A stretch of DNA of 64,000 nucleotides, from assembly GCA_001643675.2 (NCBI GenBank), contig LSRY02000017.1, forward strand, positions 1,178,001 to 1,242,000, read 5' to 3'. A model generated the notes under the pieces. That model was not told the DNA's origin. It did not search any database and saw only the letters and a list, made by a program, of their open reading frames with translations. Numbering within the stretch: the first letter of the stretch is position 1; each line of letters starts with the position of its first letter. Made by a program: the position numbers and the translations under genes. Shown here piece by piece: positions 58,639 through 64,000 of the stretch. The DNA is from Monocercomonoides exilis PA203 (Eukaryota; Protista; Preaxostyla).

Positions 58639-59311
58639 TCATTCTTTAATTTGTGTAACAAGCCAACCAATGCCGTCTTGAAGTCCTTCGTTTTTTATTG
58701 CACTACAACCCTATTATACATATTAATTTTAGATTTAAAAATAAATAAAAATATAAATTCTGAATAAATAAATAAATTTTTAACTAACTTGTATTTGCCA
58801 AGCTCTATCGCGAATGCTGTAGAGATCAAGTGCAAGTGCAACTTCGTCTGGCTTCATTGCAGTTGGTAAATCCATTTTATTTGCATAAACCAACAATGGC
58901 AATCCACTCAATTTCTCTTCTTCTAGCAATTTCTGTAATTCAACACCACATTCTTCAAGTCTTCTCGAATCTGCAGCATCAACTACAAAAACAAAGCCAT
59001 CTGTTTGTCCAAAATAATTTCTTTCAAATTTACATAACTATAAACAGAGAACATAAAAAGAAAATAAATTCAAACTTCCAGTATTGACGAATTGATTTTT
59101 GTCCCCCAAGATCCCAGCATTTTAACTGATATTTACTGTGGTCCACAGTTTTCATATTAAAGCCCTGTGTTGGAGCAACAGTTTGCACGGGAAGGTCAGA
59201 CATTGCGTTCAAAATTGTAGTTTTTCCTGCATTATCTAATCCCAAAAAGAGAAGGCGCAAGGTTTCCTTTTTAGGCTTGAAAAGAGAAAAAAAAAACGAT
59301 AAAAATCCCAT
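58639..59311 (-). CDS. ARL3: ADP-ribosylation factor-like GTPase ARL3, 3 exons
   Basis: LGLDNAGKTT, APTQGFN, WDLGGQKSIRQYW-NYF..TD, ANKMDL, IRDRAWQIQ-GCSA...EGLQDGIGW. Confidence 0.85.
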
Positions 59312-59659
59312 TTAACTTTTTTATTCAGATTAAGGTTCACATAAACGAATTGAAATCTGTTGTTCCTCATGAAGTTAAATTGACCACAAACTTATGAAAT
59401 CATATTATAAAAATTGCGTAAATCAGAATTTTTGTCCTCCCCATTCTTTGAGCAATACATCATATCCGTGTACCTTCTAAAAAGGCACATAGTTGCTTTT
59501 ATGAGCCAAAAGATTGGTGAGCAAGTGGGGTATGAGAGGAATTTATAATTTTGATTGTATCTGTTTTTAAAACTCTATTTTTTCAAATTTTTCTAAACAA
59601 TTATGTTTTTGCTTTTTGTAACCTGGAAATTGTTGAAATTATGTTGCATCATAAAAAAG

Positions 59660-62600
59660 GGATAATAAAAACGTGCCTTCTCAGCTCCATGAATTCCCCA
59701 CAAATTCATTCAATTTGCGTTCTGGTTCTCCTCCCATACTCACATTTTCGCCATTCCTTGCCTCACAAGGTACGTTCATACAACTTAGCGATAATAATGA
59801 GTTCACAAAAGAAAAAACTGATTTTACATTGTCATTGCCATCATTCGAAAGCATATCTTCACTTAATGATTCGTTTAAAGTTTTTAATCATTCGTCAGAT
59901 TCTTATGACCCTCCAGCAAGTCCATCTTTAACATGCTACAAGGAAAGCTTGCCTGACCAGATACATCTTCCAAAATCTCGGGAATTGTTTTCGCCTATTA
60001 CGAAAACAGTTCGAGACTCTGACGATTTAAACATCGAAAAGCTCAAATCCTCGAACCAATTTGATCTTAATCAGTCGAATTCTTTGGCAAACATGCATCC
60101 TTCAGCTCCATTACTACCGTTGCCAACGCCAGCTATTGGTAATGCTGCAACACGTCAAACTTTTTCTCAGCCAACCGTTCCCTCCAATTCTCTTCCATCA
60201 GGATTTATTTCGTTGGTTGATATAGCTGGCCGCATTCCAGAATTGCTGAAGACAGAAAAAGGATGTGCTCAAATTCTGAAGATTTTGTCTCTTTCTTCTT
60301 CTGTCTCAGCCTCGCTTGCTGTTCATGGCCCAAGTTTGTTAGAAATACTTTCGCAGCATCCTCATCTTATTTCTGAAGCTCGGAAAATAAAAATGTCTGA
60401 TGTTTCCTCTACGAAATCGAGCAATACGTGCTATAGTATCCGCAAGCTTCCACCTCCCCCTTCTCTTCCGCCCCCACCTTCTCTGTGCACTTTTGTTCAT
60501 CCACCAGTTGATTCGCATACCATCGGATCATCTCATTCTTCAAAGCTGATGTATTCCTCCTCTTCTTCATTTTCCTCTTCATTTTCGCCTTCTTCATTAT
60601 ATTTGTACAATCAAGCTCACCAAAAAGATCCCAGACTCCAACTTCCCCCACCACCGCTGCCCTTGCCCCCGCCGCCTCCCTCCTCTTCCATCAAAAAGAC
60701 ACCCAATGAGAATTCAGTCCATCTGGAAGAGCTGAACACTCTTTTTGAGCGAAAAAGCGGGCGCCCGTCTCTTGTGCGTTCGACCATCACGATGATCCTG
60801 ATTGAGCTGCGAGTGGCTTCTCTGCCTCGCCTCGAGAGGGATAGCTGTGGTGATGCTGTCCCTTTCACTACCACGTTGGCTGCCCCGTTAGCTGCCACTG
60901 CACCTTTGGCTTCTGCTTCCACTTCCTCATCCTCATCCTCATCCTCTGCTTCTGTTATTTCCACTGCGACTCGCTATCTTCCCAGCGCACCTGCCACGCC
61001 AGACACGCCGGTTTCTCTCTCTCCGTCGTCTGTCAACTCTTACTCGCTCTCTTCTTCTCTATCCCCGCTGTTCCCGAACTCTGCCGCTCCTTCGCTTTCT
61101 TCGTCTTGCCTTTCTTCTTCTTCATCGTCTTCTTCTTCTTCTTCTTCTTCTTCAACATCTTCATCATCAATGACTTCAACTTCCATTGCGTTGAAATCCC
61201 CCTCTTCATTGTCCATCTCATCAACATCTTCTGCCTCAGCCTCTGTTTCTTCTTCTTCTGCACACCCATCAAAAGCGCCTGGACTCCGTGCTGCTTCTTC
61301 GGAATCACCGAAATGCCCCGCCGGCAGTGTGCTGGGCTATTTCATGAGGCAGCCTGTGTCCAACTATGCCATGCAGAAGACGATTGAGAAAGCGAACGAG
61401 GCACAGTTGTTTGAGATCCTGAGGCAGGTACAGGACGAGCTGTTCGCCCTCTCTTTACACCCGATGGGCACGAGGTGTGTGCAGCGCCTGACAGAAAGGG
61501 CAAGTGGGAGCAAGTCTCTGGTGGCTGAGTTCGTGCGGTGTGTGACAGCTGACCCACGTTCTTCAGCGCTTCTGCTGCTGTCGCCTCCTCCGCAGCCGCC
61601 GGTTGTATCTGCCTCTGCCTCTGCTACTTCTTTCACTTCTTCTTCTACTTCTTCTTCATCTTCTTTGACTTCAAATATGCCTATGAGACTCCCCGAAGAA
61701 AGCGCAAACCGAGTGATGACGATGCTAAAGGATGACCATGGCAACCACGTCATCAAGAAATGCCTGATGCACTTTGACTCGCAGCAGCGGCAGTGCGACT
61801 TCGTGTTTTCGTGTGTGACAGCAGCGATTGTGAGTGCGTGTCAGAACAAGCACGGCTGCTGTGTGGTGCAGCGCTGCCTGGACAAAGGCGGAGGGCTGCA
61901 AAAAGCGCTGATCTTTGAGCAGATAGCGAAGCATTGCTGTGAGCTGGTGGTTGATCCGTATGGGAACTATGCGGTGCAGTATGTGGTGATGAGGGGGTGG
62001 AGGTCGAATGACGATGGAGAGAAGACTAATACAGGGAGTGGGAATGGAGGAGGGAATGGGAGTGTTAATAGCAATGTTAGTGGGAATATGAATGGAAGTG
62101 GGAGTGGGTGTCTGAATAGCAAACAAACAGACGTGAAGAAAGGGAAAGAAGAAGAAGCATCATCATCATCAACATCATCAGCAGGGGTTGTCTCAAACGC
62201 ACTGCAGATGAATGTGAAGAGCAAAACAGGCCCAGTGAGAGAGTACGAGTACTACTACAACATCATTGTGGAGAAGCTAGCGCGGAACATTGTCAGTTTT
62301 TCTATGCAAAAATTCTCATCGAATGTGATTGAGAAATGCCTCATATCTTCAACATCGAAGATGCCCCACGTGTTTCTGTCTGAAGACTCATACTCTTCGG
62401 AGGCTGTGAATGAGCATCTCAGTTCACAAGGAATCAAAGTGAAGTCTGATGCTTTTCAATCACAGTACAAATCTCAATCTCAATCATTGTCTTCTTCCTT
62501 AACTTCATCTTATCCTAATTCTTCTTCAACCACATCTACTTCTTCTTCTTCTCAATCCCAATCCCAATCTCACTCTCAACCTCCCTCCTCGTGTATCAGC

Positions 62601-64000
62601 CACCGCACCTTCATGATCCATGCCCTGTTGCAGTCAGGGCGGGCGATCCAGCTGGCAGAGGACCAGTTCGGAAACTACGTGATGCAGATGGCATTTTCAG
62701 TAGGTTCTCCAGAACAGCAGATGAAGATGGCACAGCTGCTGTACCCGTTTAAAGGGAGAATCGCATCGTCGGCGCATGGGAAGAAGCTCTTTGCGAAGAT
62801 GGAGGCGGTTTTCTCGCATATTCAGAGGAGTCTGGGTGGGAAGGGGATGAAAGGGGGTGTGCAAGGGAAGGGAGAGGATAAAACGAGGGGTGTACCGCTG
62901 CCGCCGCCTCCGAATGTTTCTGCTTCTTCTTCTTCTTCTTCTTCTGTTGTTGCGCCTGGTTTAACTGAATTAGAGCAATCAAAGAAGACTTCTCTGATGA
63001 AGAATAGCTCATATTCCACTCAGAATGAACGAAAGTCATTGGCAAATGAACAATCTTCTTCTTCTTCTTCTTCATATTCCTCTCCTTTTCTCCTTCTTTC
63101 TGACTCTTCAACGCTTCCACCGCCTCCTCCACGCCCATCCACATGTTCCTCGTCTTCTTCTTTTTCTTCTTATTCTTCTTATTCCTCTAATTCTTCCTAT
63201 TCTTCTTTGCCTTCTGATGAAGCATCTGTTTCATCTGTTTCATCCATTTTATCTGCTTCTGCTTCTTCTTCCTCTTCCTCCTCCTCTTACTCTTCCTCTT
63301 CTTCTGCCTCTATTTCTGCTTTGTCTGCTGATTCACTCAATTTGATTGACTCCCCAACACCAAAAGAGCAACCTTCCCCTCTTTTGCAGCTGCCGCCGCC
63401 TCATCTCTCACTTTCTATGGAGAAGACACAATACAATGATATGCCTTCTATGCATGCTTCTTCTTCTTCTAATTCTTCTTCTTCCAATTCTAATTCTGCA
63501 ATTTCTTCTTCTTTCTCCTCTTCCTTTGACACTTATTCTCCTTCATTTTATTCTTCTTACTCCTCCTTCATAACCTCCTCTTCTCCTCCTTTCCTTTCTT
63601 CTTCTTCTTCTTCCTCTTCCTCTTCCTCTTCCTCTTCCTCCTCTTCCTCAGATCTATCTCATCCTTCTCTTTCTCTCTCTCTCTCTTCCCCCACTCTCTC
63701 CACCCCTTCTGCTCCTCTTCAGCTGCCCCCCACACAGCCACACATTCTGCAGAGCCCTGCCTCTTCTTCATTCCCACTCCACCAGAGCTTCCAGTTAACT
63801 CTATCACCCCCGCAGCATCTTCAGCATCTGCAACCTCCTCCTCATCTGCTTCCTTCTTCCCTTCCTTCTTCCCTTCCTTCTTCCCTTCCTTCTTCCCTTC
63901 CTTCTTCCCTTCCTTCTTCCCTTCCTTCTTCTCAGCCCTCGTCTCGTCCTCAGACACCTTTGGCCCCCAAACACACCATCACTCCTCTTCATACTCCTCT
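59660..64000 (+). CDS. Pumilio/PUF RNA-binding protein (Puf4/Puf5-type); runs off the window end; first exon not resolved
   Basis: Frame (position mod 3 = 0) appears open from ~59655 to 64000 in the segments I translated. PUF repeats: PVSNYAMQK, HPMGTRCVQR, DDHGNHVIKKCL, NKHGCCVVQRCLD, DPYGNYAVQY, QKFSSNVIEKCL, DQFGNYVMQ; ends HGKKL. Confidence 0.9.
63850..63932 (+). repeat. 12-bp tandem repeat (CCTTCCTTCTTC) x ~7, encoding (PSFF)n in the PUF tail
   Basis: Directly visible. Confidence 0.9.

Noticed and set aside
63850-63932. Tandem 12-mers as a CRISPR-like array
   Set aside because: No spacers; a simple coding minisatellite in a eukaryotic gene.

Overview
Eukaryotic protist DNA: AT-rich intergenic regions, short GT-AG introns, the standard genetic code and long Ser/Glu low-complexity inserts in proteins. 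This style suggests an oxymonad such as Monocercomonoides (inference, not verified). The window has two compartments. (1) Positions ~1-18,200 are repeat- and pseudogene-rich. They are dominated by a 10,824-bp element (6680-17503) with 363-bp terminal inverted repeats (362/363 identical by my read) and a perfect 8-bp target-site duplication (TTTGAGCG). The element has no intact transposase. It carries a mosaic of decayed host-gene fragments and a possible tyrosine-recombinase remnant, so it looks like a large Pack-type, gene-capturing non-autonomous DNA transposon. Three related ~360-bp TA-flanked foldback/MITE elements lie around it. (2) Positions ~18,400-64,000 are a compact housekeeping block: PBDC1, cytosolic LeuRS, COG4, a TPR-less PP5-like phosphatase, a PHO80-type cyclin, a KCR/HSD17B12-like SDR, a possible membralin, a coiled-coil RING protein, an Hrd1-like RING-H2 ligase with a split RING, FKBP-TPR, an ICE2/NARG2-like protein, ARL3 and a Puf4-type PUF protein that runs off the window end. 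All protein identifications are from motif recognition by eye; no searches were run.
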